Of a stretch of DNA of 64,000 bases, positions 52,293 to 61,021 are shown piece by piece. Origin of the DNA: an uncultured Candidatus Saccharibacteria bacterium (GTDB lineage Bacteria; Patescibacteriota; Saccharimonadia; Saccharimonadales; JACDBH01); the NCBI GenBank assembly GCA_964529785.1, contig CAZHAQ010000001.1, positions 37,502-101,501 on the forward strand, written 5' to 3'. The stretch's first letter is position 1, and the number at the start of each line of letters is the position of its first letter. Under the pieces are notes generated by a model. It saw only the letters and a list, made by a program, of their open reading frames with translations. It had not been told where the DNA came from and made no database searches. The position numbers and the translations under genes are program-made.

Positions 52293-52993
52293 GCGCGCAC
52301 ATCTTCCTCGATGTCTTCGGCTATTTCTTTTAATTCTTCTCTAATTTCTTTTTCTTCCTGTAGCTCTTGTCTAGTCTTCTTATGCTTGGATTTTAGTTTA
52401 AAGTACTGATACGCCGCGGGGCCAAACGCCAGTATGGTAGTTACGCCAATCGCTATTAGCAGGTATTTTTCCAAGTCTTCTACTTTGTCGCCCAGCAAGT
52501 TGGCTAGTAAATAGCCTATCATGGTTACGCCGATACCCCAGACTACTGCACCTAATATATTAAAGAATAGGAAGCGTTTTCTTGGCATATGGCCTACACC
52601 AGCGATTAAAGGAGCAAATGTGCGCACAATAGGTACGAATCTAGCTATTATAATAGTTTTACCGCCGTGTACTTCATAGAATTTGCCAGCTCTTACAAGG
52701 TGTTCTGGATCAAATAAGAAACTCTCTTTTTTTCTAAATATCCTTTTACCTGTTCGCCTGCCAATTTCATATCCGACATTATCGCCAATTACCGCTGCGA
52801 GAACAATTACAATCAGTAAGGGCAGTAATGGAATTCTGCCAGTGGCAGCAAAAGAGCCGGCTAGCAACAGGGTAGTGTCACCGCCTGGAAGCAGGACTCC
52901 AATTAAAAGACCGCTTTCTGCAAACACCACAAAGCCAACGGCAATTAGTCCGATTAAGCCGCCGGAACGTATCAAATTTTCAAAATAACCCAT
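52289..52993 (-). CDS. dedA: DedA family membrane protein
   Basis: FAESGLLIG.LLPG, GDNVGYEIGR, IARFVPIVRTFAP motifs. Confidence 0.95.
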   Translation of the reverse strand: MGYFENLIRSGGLIGLIAVGFVVFAESGLLIGVLLPGGDTTLLLAGSFAATGRIPLLPLLIVIVLAAVIGDNVGYEIGRRTGKRIFRKKESFLFDPEHLVRAGKFYEVHGGKTIIIARFVPIVRTFAPLIAGVGHMPRKRFLFFNILGAVVWGIGVTMIGYLLANLLGDKVEDLEKYLLIAIGVTTILAFGPAAYQYFKLKSKHKKTRQELQEEKEIREELKEIAEDIEEDVRA

Positions 52994-53114
52994 ATCAAAG
53001 TAGTATACAGCAATAAATATCAGAATTTTATAAATTAAAATCTAAAGTGATTATGAATATCTAAAGTTGCATCTGCTATACTATTACTACGATAACTTCT
53101 AGAGGGGATAAAAC

Positions 53115-53771
53115 ATGAGTAGTGATACTATCGTGCTAAAAGCTAAAGAAAGAAAAGAGCTAGGAAAAGCTGTAAAGGCGTTAAGGCGTGAAGGCATTGT
53201 ACCTGCTAACGTCTATGAGCGAGGCAAAGATTCTCAGGCTATCAGCGCTAACTTTGTAGATATAACAAAGGTTTATCGTCAAGCTGGAAAGCATAGTCCA
53301 ATTGAGTTGGACGTAGATGGCAAGAAGCATTTAGTGATGATAAAAGACGTAGATTTTAATGTTGCTAAAAATACTATTCGCCACGTAGCTTTTCATGCGG
53401 TCAAGCGAAATGAGAAAGTCGAAGCCGAGGTACCAGTTAAAATAGAAGGTGAAGTACCAGCTGAAAAAGTCGGATTATTAATTTTACAGAATCTGGATAC
53501 TGTACAAGTGGAGGCGCTGCCCAGCAGTCTGCCTGAAGAGCTTTTTGTGCCAGGTGAAAAATTAGTGGAAGATGGCGACAAGGTTACAGTTGCCGACATT
53601 AAAGTTCCTAATGGTGTCGTTATTCTTACGGAAAGCGATGTAATGGTGGCAGATGTGCAGGTGCCGAAAGACCAGATTGCTGAAGCTAACGCTGCCTTAG
53701 AAGACCAAAAAGAGGCCGATCAAGTTGATTCAGATAAAGGCACAGATGAAACTGAGCCAGCTGAAGAGTAA
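53115..53771 (+). CDS. rplY: 50S ribosomal protein bL25 (Ctc-type, long form)
   Basis: LRREG.VPANVY, HVAFH, VEAEVPV, VEALPSSLPE; acidic tail. Confidence 0.95.
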   Translation: MSSDTIVLKAKERKELGKAVKALRREGIVPANVYERGKDSQAISANFVDITKVYRQAGKHSPIELDVDGKKHLVMIKDVDFNVAKNTIRHVAFHAVKRNEKVEAEVPVKIEGEVPAEKVGLLILQNLDTVQVEALPSSLPEELFVPGEKLVEDGDKVTVADIKVPNGVVILTESDVMVADVQVPKDQIAEANAALEDQKEADQVDSDKGTDETEPAEE

Positions 53772-53787
53772 GAACTCAGGTCTTAAC

Positions 53788-53821
53788 AAAAAACTGCAAG
53801 AATTTAATCTTGCAGTTTTTT
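53788..53821. terminator. Bidirectional intrinsic terminator between rplY and the ABC transporter
   Basis: AAAAAACTGCAAGA-atttaa-TCTTGCAGTTTTTT between convergent genes. Confidence 0.9.
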
Positions 53822-55577
53822 ATTCCTCTATAAAACCTCCCGACTGTTTATGCCATAAATTAGCATATGCGCCGTTAACCCTTAGAAGTTCCTTATGGGT
53901 GCCCTCTTCAATTATCTGGCCATTGTCCATAACTAATATCCTATCCATTTTTTGAATAGTGCTTAGCCTGTGAGCAATTACTATAGCAGTCCGGCCTTCC
54001 ATTAGTTTCCAAAGAGCATCCTGGATAAGCTCTTCGCTTTCACTGTCAAGGGCGCTTGTGGCTTCATCTAGTAGCAGAATAGGAGCATTTTTTAGCATCG
54101 CTCGGGCAATTGCAATTCTCTGTCTCTGGCCGCCAGAAAGCTTAACGCCTCTTTCTCCGACAAGGGTATCGTAGCCTTCTGGTAATTTACTAATGAAATC
54201 ATCGGCATTAGCAAGCTTCGAGACGCCTCTAATTGCTTTCTTGCTAGAACCTAGTTGTCCGTAGCCAATATTTTCTAGCAGACTTCTATGAAACAAAATT
54301 GGCTCCTGGGGTACGTAGGCAATATGCGATCTTAGCTCGGACTGCCTAAGTTTTGCTATATTTTGACCATCAATTCTTATCGTGCCTGAGTCTATGTCCA
54401 TGAATCTAAGCAGCAGCTTAGTTAAGGTAGTCTTGCCGCTACCTGAGTGTCCGACAAGGCCTACCTTCTCGCCGGGTTTGATATGTAGATTAAGACGGTT
54501 AAATAAATTGCCGCCTTCTTCATGCGCAAAACTGACACTGTCAAAATCTATCGCTCCTCGGCTAATTTTTGTCGCCTCTACATCATCGGCATCTTCAATC
54601 TGAGGTGTAATTTGCAAAATTTCAGTCATGTCATAGGCGTCACCCATGATCCGGTGAAAATTGCGCATTATATTGTTCATCTCCCAAAGTTGCCTAGAGA
54701 CTGTTAGTGTATATGATACCGCTAGGTAAATGACAGAAAGATTAATTAAATCTCTTTCAACAGCCCAAATAGCAGATACGAATGCGGAAGTATTTAATAT
54801 TACTAACAGTAATGAGTATATGGTGCTGACTTTTAAAAACCCCCACATTGTATTGAGGCTTTTACGTCGCCAGGAAACGGTCTGCTTATCGTATTCGTTA
54901 ATTTCAAACTCTTCATGGCCATGACTTTTTACTGCCAGGATATTGGTTATTACGTCTGCTAAGCGTCCGGTAAGTCTTGTGCTAGCCTGCGATTCTTCTA
55001 TATTCAGCTTAGCCATTAGTCTTGAGCCAAGCACTATAACCGTAATGAAAGTTAATGATACTAGTAGCAGTATTAGCGCGTATTGCCAGAAAATAAATGA
55101 CAGTATTACAACTGCTGCTATAAGGCTTATTACCGACGGCGTTAACATGAATATAATAGTGTCCCAGAATCTTTCAAACCCACCGACCATCTTATTAGTT
55201 TGAGAAACTAGTGAACCTCCAAATCGATTGGAATGGAAGCTCATTGACTGTCTGCCAAGATGTTTAAATATGCGATTGTACAGGTTTCTTTGCCCGCCGC
55301 TTTCAAAAGTCCAAGTGCTGTACAGAGTTAAGCGCCATCCTAATATTTCCCCATAAAACTGGGCAAGTGCATATAGTCCGATTAAAGTCATAGAATTTCC
55401 AAGTGTAATTGAATCGCCAGACTGGATTCTATTAAGAAGCGAGGCAACAAGCAGCGGAGCTATAAACGAAGCAATTATAACGCTAACGCTAGCGTTGCAA
55501 ACACTAAATAATACCCGCCATTTAAAACGCCAGGCTTCTTCCAGATAAATTTTTATTGTTTTATTAGTCATTGACAT
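53820..55577 (-). CDS. ABC exporter, fused TMD-NBD
   Basis: Six-TM domain; GHSGSGKT, LSGGQRQR, LLDEATSALD, IAHRLST motifs. Confidence 0.96.
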   Translation of the reverse strand: MSMTNKTIKIYLEEAWRFKWRVLFSVCNASVSVIIASFIAPLLVASLLNRIQSGDSITLGNSMTLIGLYALAQFYGEILGWRLTLYSTWTFESGGQRNLYNRIFKHLGRQSMSFHSNRFGGSLVSQTNKMVGGFERFWDTIIFMLTPSVISLIAAVVILSFIFWQYALILLLVSLTFITVIVLGSRLMAKLNIEESQASTRLTGRLADVITNILAVKSHGHEEFEINEYDKQTVSWRRKSLNTMWGFLKVSTIYSLLLVILNTSAFVSAIWAVERDLINLSVIYLAVSYTLTVSRQLWEMNNIMRNFHRIMGDAYDMTEILQITPQIEDADDVEATKISRGAIDFDSVSFAHEEGGNLFNRLNLHIKPGEKVGLVGHSGSGKTTLTKLLLRFMDIDSGTIRIDGQNIAKLRQSELRSHIAYVPQEPILFHRSLLENIGYGQLGSSKKAIRGVSKLANADDFISKLPEGYDTLVGERGVKLSGGQRQRIAIARAMLKNAPILLLDEATSALDSESEELIQDALWKLMEGRTAIVIAHRLSTIQKMDRILVMDNGQIIEEGTHKELLRVNGAYANLWHKQSGGFIEE

Positions 55578-55746
55578 GCCGCCCCTCCTCCTTGTGGGGT
55601 GCTTTTTGTAAATTTAAGAAATCTGTTTATTTCAGATTTTTGTTTTAAGGTTTTTGGCCGCCTCAATTAGATAATAAATTCAGCGTACTATTATATATTT
55701 ATTAATATCAGATGACAAGGGTTATTTTTTATCTTATAATAGTCAT

Positions 55747-56604
55747 TTGATGGAAAAGATAATTCTCTACTATAAATTTGTGCCTATTAATGATCCGGAA
55801 ACAGTTATGTTCTGGCAGCGTGCGCTATGCGAAAAACTTGGGCTTAAAGGCAGGGTCTTAATAAGCAAGCATGGTATCAATGGTACGCTAGGCGGTGATC
55901 TTAAGAACTTAAAATACTATACCCGTGAAATGAAAACTCACAGTATATTTAACGGAACAGTATTTAAGTGGAGTGAGGGTGGCAGTGATCATTTTCCAAA
56001 GCTCAAAGTTAAAGTAAAGGATGAGATCGTTGCTTTTAATGCTGCTGAAGAACTGGAAGTAGATAGTAAAGGACTGGTTGGCGGTGGTAAACATCTTAAA
56101 CCTTCGGCACTACATAAATTGATGCAGGAGCGCGGCGACGAGGTGATTTTTTATGATGGGCGCAATATGTATGAAGCGCAGATTGGCAGATTTAAAAATA
56201 CTATCGTCCCCAATGTTAGCACCAGCAGAGACTTTATACGTGATATTGAAGAAGGCGAAATTAGCAAGTATAAAGATAGACCAATTGTAACTTACTGCAC
56301 GGGTGGAATTCGCTGTGAAATACTTAGTGTATTAATGCGTCATAGAGGCTATAAGGAAGTTTATCAGTTGGATGGCGGCATAGTTAAATATGGTGAAAAA
56401 TTTGGTGACGATGGTTACTGGGAAGGCAAGCTGTTTGTTTTTGATGATAGGATGCAGATAGGCTTTTCTGATCAAGCTAAAGATATAGCTGATTGCGAAA
56501 AATGTGGTGAGAAAACCAGCAACATGGTAAATTCAACAAATATTCGCCGTAAACTCCATGTTATTTGCGAAAAATGTGCTGACAAAACCCCAGTATTAAA
56601 TTGA
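55747..56604 (+). CDS. trhO: Rhodanese-domain tRNA U34 hydroxylase TrhO/YceA family
   Basis: LYYKF, GINGT, YCTGGIRCE, QLDGGI.KY, GKLFVFD.R motifs; start may be ATG 55750. Confidence 0.9.
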   Translation: MMEKIILYYKFVPINDPETVMFWQRALCEKLGLKGRVLISKHGINGTLGGDLKNLKYYTREMKTHSIFNGTVFKWSEGGSDHFPKLKVKVKDEIVAFNAAEELEVDSKGLVGGGKHLKPSALHKLMQERGDEVIFYDGRNMYEAQIGRFKNTIVPNVSTSRDFIRDIEEGEISKYKDRPIVTYCTGGIRCEILSVLMRHRGYKEVYQLDGGIVKYGEKFGDDGYWEGKLFVFDDRMQIGFSDQAKDIADCEKCGEKTSNMVNSTNIRRKLHVICEKCADKTPVLN

Positions 56605-56605
56605 G

Positions 56606-57541
56606 CTAGTCGTCTTTAGTAACTCTAATCGCCCGCTTAAAATTGCGTTCTGCGTCAGCGTCCGCAAAGCGAACGATTGGTGAGTGTACAAGTATATTTT
56701 TTCTTTTCTTTCGTTTATCTATATCTTTTAGCGAATCTAGAAAAAACTGCTCAATCAGCCATTCTCTTCCAGGGGCAGTATAGCAGTAAACTAATACTCT
56801 CCACAGATCGTCTCCCCACTGCTGGATCGAGTCTATTTTAGATTTTTTAGTAATCATTAGAGTGCCTACTGGAATATGGGACAATGCTTCTTCTACTAGC
56901 TCCTTGCCCTTGTCTGGATCTGTTACGAAAACATCAACGGCAATTGTGCGCATGCCGCGAGGGGTTACCTTCACTCCATGAATATGCTGGTTGTGAATTC
57001 TAATTACTTCGCCGTTTAATGACCTAATCTTAATAGAACGGAGGGTTGCTCGTTCAACAACTCCGCTCACATCAATAAACGGTTCAATGCGGACATAGTC
57101 GCCAATATTGAACCAGTGCTCAATAATCATAGTCGCACCAGCAGTTATGTCCCTGAGCATTACTCCGACAGTACCACCAGCAAGTACGATAAATAAAGCA
57201 CTGGCACCAATTGCTGCCGCTTGGCTAGAGGATGAGGGGCTTAACAGCCTCCAAGCGGTTATACCTACAATTACTACTACCATGACTCTAACTGTAGCGA
57301 TTGCCACGCTTAAATAGGTTTCTACACGCCGTAAGCGGAACTGTCTTTCAGTGTCTGAAGTATTGTCAGCCCTTACAGCTATTTTCTGCGCTATACGTAT
57401 TATTAGCTTGGCTAATAATCGACTTATCCAGAATGCAAAAGCCATAGATAGTACTAAAATCAGTACTGATCGAAATGCATTGGGACTTCGGAAGATATCA
57501 GAAATCTCTTTATATATCTTATCAAAGATGCCTTCAGACAT
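56606..57541 (-). CDS. MscS-family mechanosensitive channel
   Basis: Three TMs, then RDITAG...FNIGDYV..SGVVE..TLRS..IR..NGE...I.N. Confidence 0.9.
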   Translation of the reverse strand: MSEGIFDKIYKEISDIFRSPNAFRSVLILVLSMAFAFWISRLLAKLIIRIAQKIAVRADNTSDTERQFRLRRVETYLSVAIATVRVMVVVIVGITAWRLLSPSSSSQAAAIGASALFIVLAGGTVGVMLRDITAGATMIIEHWFNIGDYVRIEPFIDVSGVVERATLRSIKIRSLNGEVIRIHNQHIHGVKVTPRGMRTIAVDVFVTDPDKGKELVEEALSHIPVGTLMITKKSKIDSIQQWGDDLWRVLVYCYTAPGREWLIEQFFLDSLKDIDKRKKRKNILVHSPIVRFADADAERNFKRAIRVTKDD

Positions 57542-57672
57542 TCATACCTCTATAAAAATATTAATTTAGTCAATTTACTAATATAACACCTTTCTGGAAA
57601 ATTAGTAGTAATTGTTACAGATTAATTGATATGACTAGCCTAAAATATTTAGGGCAATAACCTGGAGGATGT

Positions 57673-58046
57673 ATGTTAATTAAAAATACTGCCAAGGTAT
57701 ACACATTATTAATATTTGGCTTAGCATTGGCCGGTTTATTAACAAACAACTACCTATTCGGCCTTATAAGCGTAGATTTTAGTTTAGATATTCTAAGGGT
57801 ATTGCTAGCTTTAGCTTTAGGGTATGCGGCATTTTTTTTGAAAGTGAAGATTTGGCCACAATAACTCTTTTTGCAGTCGGTGTGACATATGTATTGATGG
57901 CAGTAGCCGCCCTATTTAGCCCTCAGCTTTTTGGCTTGCTGCCCACTAGCCTGACATTATTCGATGTACTACTCCATCTGATACTTGGTGGTTTTGCTGT
58001 CGGTATTACAACCATGAAATTCTACCAGCCAAGCCCAAATAATTAG
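57673..58046 (+). pseudogene. Four-TM membrane protein (DUF4383-like) split by a frameshift at a T8 tract
   Basis: Two overlapping ORFs. Adding one T at 57832-57839 gives a continuous 124-aa protein with an internal repeat (LFGLI..D.LRV / LFGLL..D.LLHL). GGAGG SD upstream. Confidence 0.72.
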
Positions 58047-58089
58047 CTTACTGAATGCTGTTTTAGTAGACAGCATAAACCATAAGATA

Positions 58090-58118
58090 TTGACAAATAA
58101 TATTAAATAACGTACAAT
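58090..58118 (+). promoter_or_regulatory. Sigma70 promoter
   Basis: TTGACA-17 nt-TACAAT. Confidence 0.75.
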
Positions 58119-58173
58119 AAATATCTGCAGATATGATTATAACGTGCAGAATTTTAGTTTATAGGTATATATT

Positions 58174-58503
58174 ATGAGATCAAATCCTAATTCATTAAAA
58201 GATTATTTAGAGCATCCGGATATTATGGGAGCTATTGGAGAGTTGAGCCAATCAGAAGCGGATGCTGAAGTTATTAGTATAGATTCCGGTAGATCTACAG
58301 GGGGCGATGAGTTAACCCCGTTTGAATTTGTAGGAGTTATAGACTCGCGAGCCGAAGGGTATTTTAGCCGAAGAAAGCCTCAATATGAAGCAGCAGATCA
58401 AGTGTTGGAAACAGTACAGTTGCGCCGTGACCGAGACCTGGAACATGTAGTTACTCCTCCGGTCAGGAAATCTTTAGTAAATTTTATACTTAAGAAATCA
58501 TAA
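58174..58503 (+). CDS. Hypothetical protein
   Basis: 109-aa ORF bracketed by its own promoter and terminator. Confidence 0.7.
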   Translation: MRSNPNSLKDYLEHPDIMGAIGELSQSEADAEVISIDSGRSTGGDELTPFEFVGVIDSRAEGYFSRRKPQYEAADQVLETVQLRRDRDLEHVVTPPVRKSLVNFILKKS

Positions 58504-58522
58504 AAAATTAACTGATAATAAG

Positions 58523-58553
58523 TAGTCTGAGGCTTTTGCTTCAGGCTATTTTT
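58523..58553 (+). terminator. Intrinsic terminator
   Basis: TAGTCTGAGGC-TTTT-GCTTCAGGCTA followed by TTTTT. Confidence 0.8.
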
Positions 58554-58608
58554 ATTGGCAATTTTATACTTAATATTATTTTTAAAAATAAAACCGTCAA
58601 CAAAGTTA

Positions 58609-58720
58609 GGTGTTTTGGAGCGCGGGCTGAGGGTAAGGGTGGAGTTGGTTTGGCAGGCGACAAGCGCTTGCTAACTTTCTCTACACACCGAACTTACCTC
58701 AGCCCGCACTCCGTTTCGCC
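58609..58720. repeat. Long GC-rich imperfect inverted repeat (rod-like hairpin, candidate ncRNA)
   Basis: GGAGCGCGGGCTGAGGGTAAG (58617-58637) pairs with CTTACCTCAGCCCGCACTCC (58693-58712); inner stem TTGGCAGGCG/CGCTTGCTAA. Confidence 0.65.
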
Positions 58721-58746
58721 CATTCCCCAGCACACAGCACTGCCCG

Positions 58747-59433
58747 TTAGGCGTCTTGATCGAACAGCTTGCTGCTGCCAGGCTTCTTGCGAAGACCCAA
58801 CAGCCCTCGTCGTTCTGATCGAGAGTGTCGCCTGCTCAGCTTCTGCGAGATAGTTGACGCGCCGAAGAGGGGCTTGTCCACGCCGAAGAAGAGCTCCATG
58901 AACGGCAGGTAGAACGTACAGACAAAGAAGACAGCGAAAACTGCTGCCCATTGACCGAAGTTCGCTGCAACTGGGAGGATGTTGCCGTCTTGCGACGAGC
59001 TGGTCCACATGGTTGCTGCGCCGGTGTCTGTGACTGCGTCACCTACCGAAAAGGCCATTGCCCCAAACAGTGTGAAATAGTGGCGACGACTGAGACTCCT
59101 CAAGGGTTTGTCCATCTTCACCAGATTCCACAGCGAGAACTGGGCAATGCTCATGAACGCACCAAGGACAACGCTGATGATTTGAGCGAAGGTCCATGAT
59201 ACATCCCAGTTTGTTGCCGGCACGGTGAAATTCACCGTATTCGCAAGGGCGGGACTGTTGAAAGTCTCGTGCAGGTAGTAGCTGCCGGCACTGATGTCCA
59301 GGACGATCAGGAAGGCGAAGAGGGGGCTGGCGAAGAGCGTTGTCAAGGTGATGGTGGTGGCCTTGTTGAAAAAGCGCACCAATGGCAAGTTGTTCGAATG
59401 CATGACTACTGGTTCTCCAGTGATCGGGCTCAT
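58747..59433 (-). CDS. GC-rich orphan multi-TM membrane protein
   Basis: 228 aa with about four hydrophobic helices and a basic tail; C/G-ending codons unlike neighbouring genes; consensus promoter upstream. Confidence 0.7.
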   Translation of the reverse strand: MSPITGEPVVMHSNNLPLVRFFNKATTITLTTLFASPLFAFLIVLDISAGSYYLHETFNSPALANTVNFTVPATNWDVSWTFAQIISVVLGAFMSIAQFSLWNLVKMDKPLRSLSRRHYFTLFGAMAFSVGDAVTDTGAATMWTSSSQDGNILPVAANFGQWAAVFAVFFVCTFYLPFMELFFGVDKPLFGASTISQKLSRRHSRSERRGLLGLRKKPGSSKLFDQDA

Positions 59434-59512
59434 GGTTGAGCTGGGTATTGGGATGGTGACCGCCCATAACAGGGGTCGTGGTACATCCTGCTAGCATAAG
59501 CAGAACTGAATT

Positions 59513-59556
59513 ATTGTAACAAACTATTGACTAAATGTCAATATATAATATATAAT
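59513..59556. promoter_or_regulatory. Overlapping divergent sigma70 promoters
   Basis: Minus strand TTGACA(59541-59536)-17-TACAAT; plus strand TTGACT(59527-59532)-18-TATAAT. The -35 boxes form the palindrome TATTGAC-taaat-GTCAATA. Confidence 0.75.
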
Positions 59557-59580
59557 GTAGTTTTGTAATTCATATTGCTT

Positions 59581-60984
59581 ATGTCTAAAAACGGTTTATC
59601 TTTTGAAAGAACTGCCTACGATCCTGGACTACATAGTCTAGGTGGATCTGTTAATGCATATGAGCCAGGAATCCACGAACGAGCAAGAGGGAACGAACCA
59701 TTAGTAGAGTCCCAGCCCGGAGCCGGAACTGGTGTTAAGCTACTGATCGTGTCTGCTATAGCTCTAGCCGGTTACGGATTAATTAAGCATGATGGAGAGA
59801 CTCCGGGTAAGAGTGACTCATCGTCAAGTAAAGAGCATGTTCCATCGCCTAGCAATACGCCCCCTGAGTCATTAAAGCCAAGTAATCGCTATTTGACTGC
59901 AATGAATAATCTTTTAACTGAAATATCTCATGGTGAAGGCGGTATAGACTCAGTAAACACTGGAAAATCTGGAGATACCGGAGTTGGCAGTCAAAAATAT
60001 AACGAAATATTTGGAGGTCGTACACTATCCCAGCTTACAATTAGGGAGTTGCTGTCTCTGCAAGAGCAGGGCAAGATTTTTGCCGTTGGCAAGTTCCAGT
60101 TCATACCAGATACATTTAAATCAGCTGTAGAAACTACAGGCATAGATATAGACCGAGCTTTTGATTCTGATGCTCAAACTGAAATGGCAGTCAACTATTT
60201 AATTATGGGTGGGAAGCGTCCAAATCTCACCGCCTACATTAAAGGCGAAGATGTGAGCTTGGACGAAGCTGTAAATGACTTGTGTAAAGAGTTTGCATCA
60301 ATACCCTGTGTAGACGGAAGCGGTTTCTATGATAATGATATCGGTAACAATATGGCAACTGGAGGCGTTGATAGGGTTAATAATATAAAACAGCTTCTTA
60401 TTGAACTTAGGGAATCATATGCTGAAGCGAAAATGCCTGGCGTAGTTATGATAGGCGACTCATTGACCGTTGGTTATCGCGATATAGCCGAGATAGCTGA
60501 AAGAGATTCTAAATACGGCATCAGACTGGAAAGTATTGATGGTGTCGGCGGCAGGCCGTTGGTCGGAGGTGATATAGACGGAATAAATACTATAAATGAT
60601 AATGAAGAAGCTATTGAAAACGCGTCTATGGTCATAGTAGGACTCGGCACTAATGCAGTTGAGTCGGACGAGCAGTATGAGCAAGGTCTCCAAGAGGCAA
60701 TACAGCTGATAGGTGACAAAAATCCAGCTGCAAAGATTGCCTTTATTACGAATTATTCCTATAAAGAAGGCAGCAGAAGCTATCAGCGCCGGCTGGATCG
60801 CAATCAGATACTAGATTCAGTTGCTGATAAGCACGACAATGTATTTCTAATAAACATGCACGACATAACAGAACAAAGCAATCTTTACTCTGAAGACGGC
60901 GTGCATCTTACAGCTGATGGCTATAAAATAGCTAGCGAACTAATTTTAAAACAAGCTTCAGAAATACTAAGAGATTCTGCATAG
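59581..60984 (+). CDS. Membrane-anchored lysozyme-like domain fused to an SGNH hydrolase
   Basis: TM; ISHGEG and AVGKFQFIPDT..F....Q...EFASIP (lambda-type lysozyme pattern); SGNH blocks IGDSLT, GLGTN, DGVHL. Confidence 0.82.
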   Translation: MSKNGLSFERTAYDPGLHSLGGSVNAYEPGIHERARGNEPLVESQPGAGTGVKLLIVSAIALAGYGLIKHDGETPGKSDSSSSKEHVPSPSNTPPESLKPSNRYLTAMNNLLTEISHGEGGIDSVNTGKSGDTGVGSQKYNEIFGGRTLSQLTIRELLSLQEQGKIFAVGKFQFIPDTFKSAVETTGIDIDRAFDSDAQTEMAVNYLIMGGKRPNLTAYIKGEDVSLDEAVNDLCKEFASIPCVDGSGFYDNDIGNNMATGGVDRVNNIKQLLIELRESYAEAKMPGVVMIGDSLTVGYRDIAEIAERDSKYGIRLESIDGVGGRPLVGGDIDGINTINDNEEAIENASMVIVGLGTNAVESDEQYEQGLQEAIQLIGDKNPAAKIAFITNYSYKEGSRSYQRRLDRNQILDSVADKHDNVFLINMHDITEQSNLYSEDGVHLTADGYKIASELILKQASEILRDSA

Positions 60985-61021
60985 AGAAACTCAGCGGCTT
61001 AGGCACGCTATACTATATATT

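Noticed and set aside
58480-58573. 14-bp direct repeat AATTTTATACTTAA (58480 and 58560) as a target-site duplication
   Set aside because: It is AT-rich, flanks only a terminator and does not bracket the GC islet; may be chance.
58609-58720. SRP (4.5S) RNA
   Set aside because: Right size and rod shape, but no CAGG-stem-GNRA-stem-AGCA domain IV motif on either strand.
58536-59497. Multiple overlapping ORFs in the GC-rich islet
   Set aside because: Expected by-product of high GC; only 58747-59433 has coherent TM segments and codon bias.
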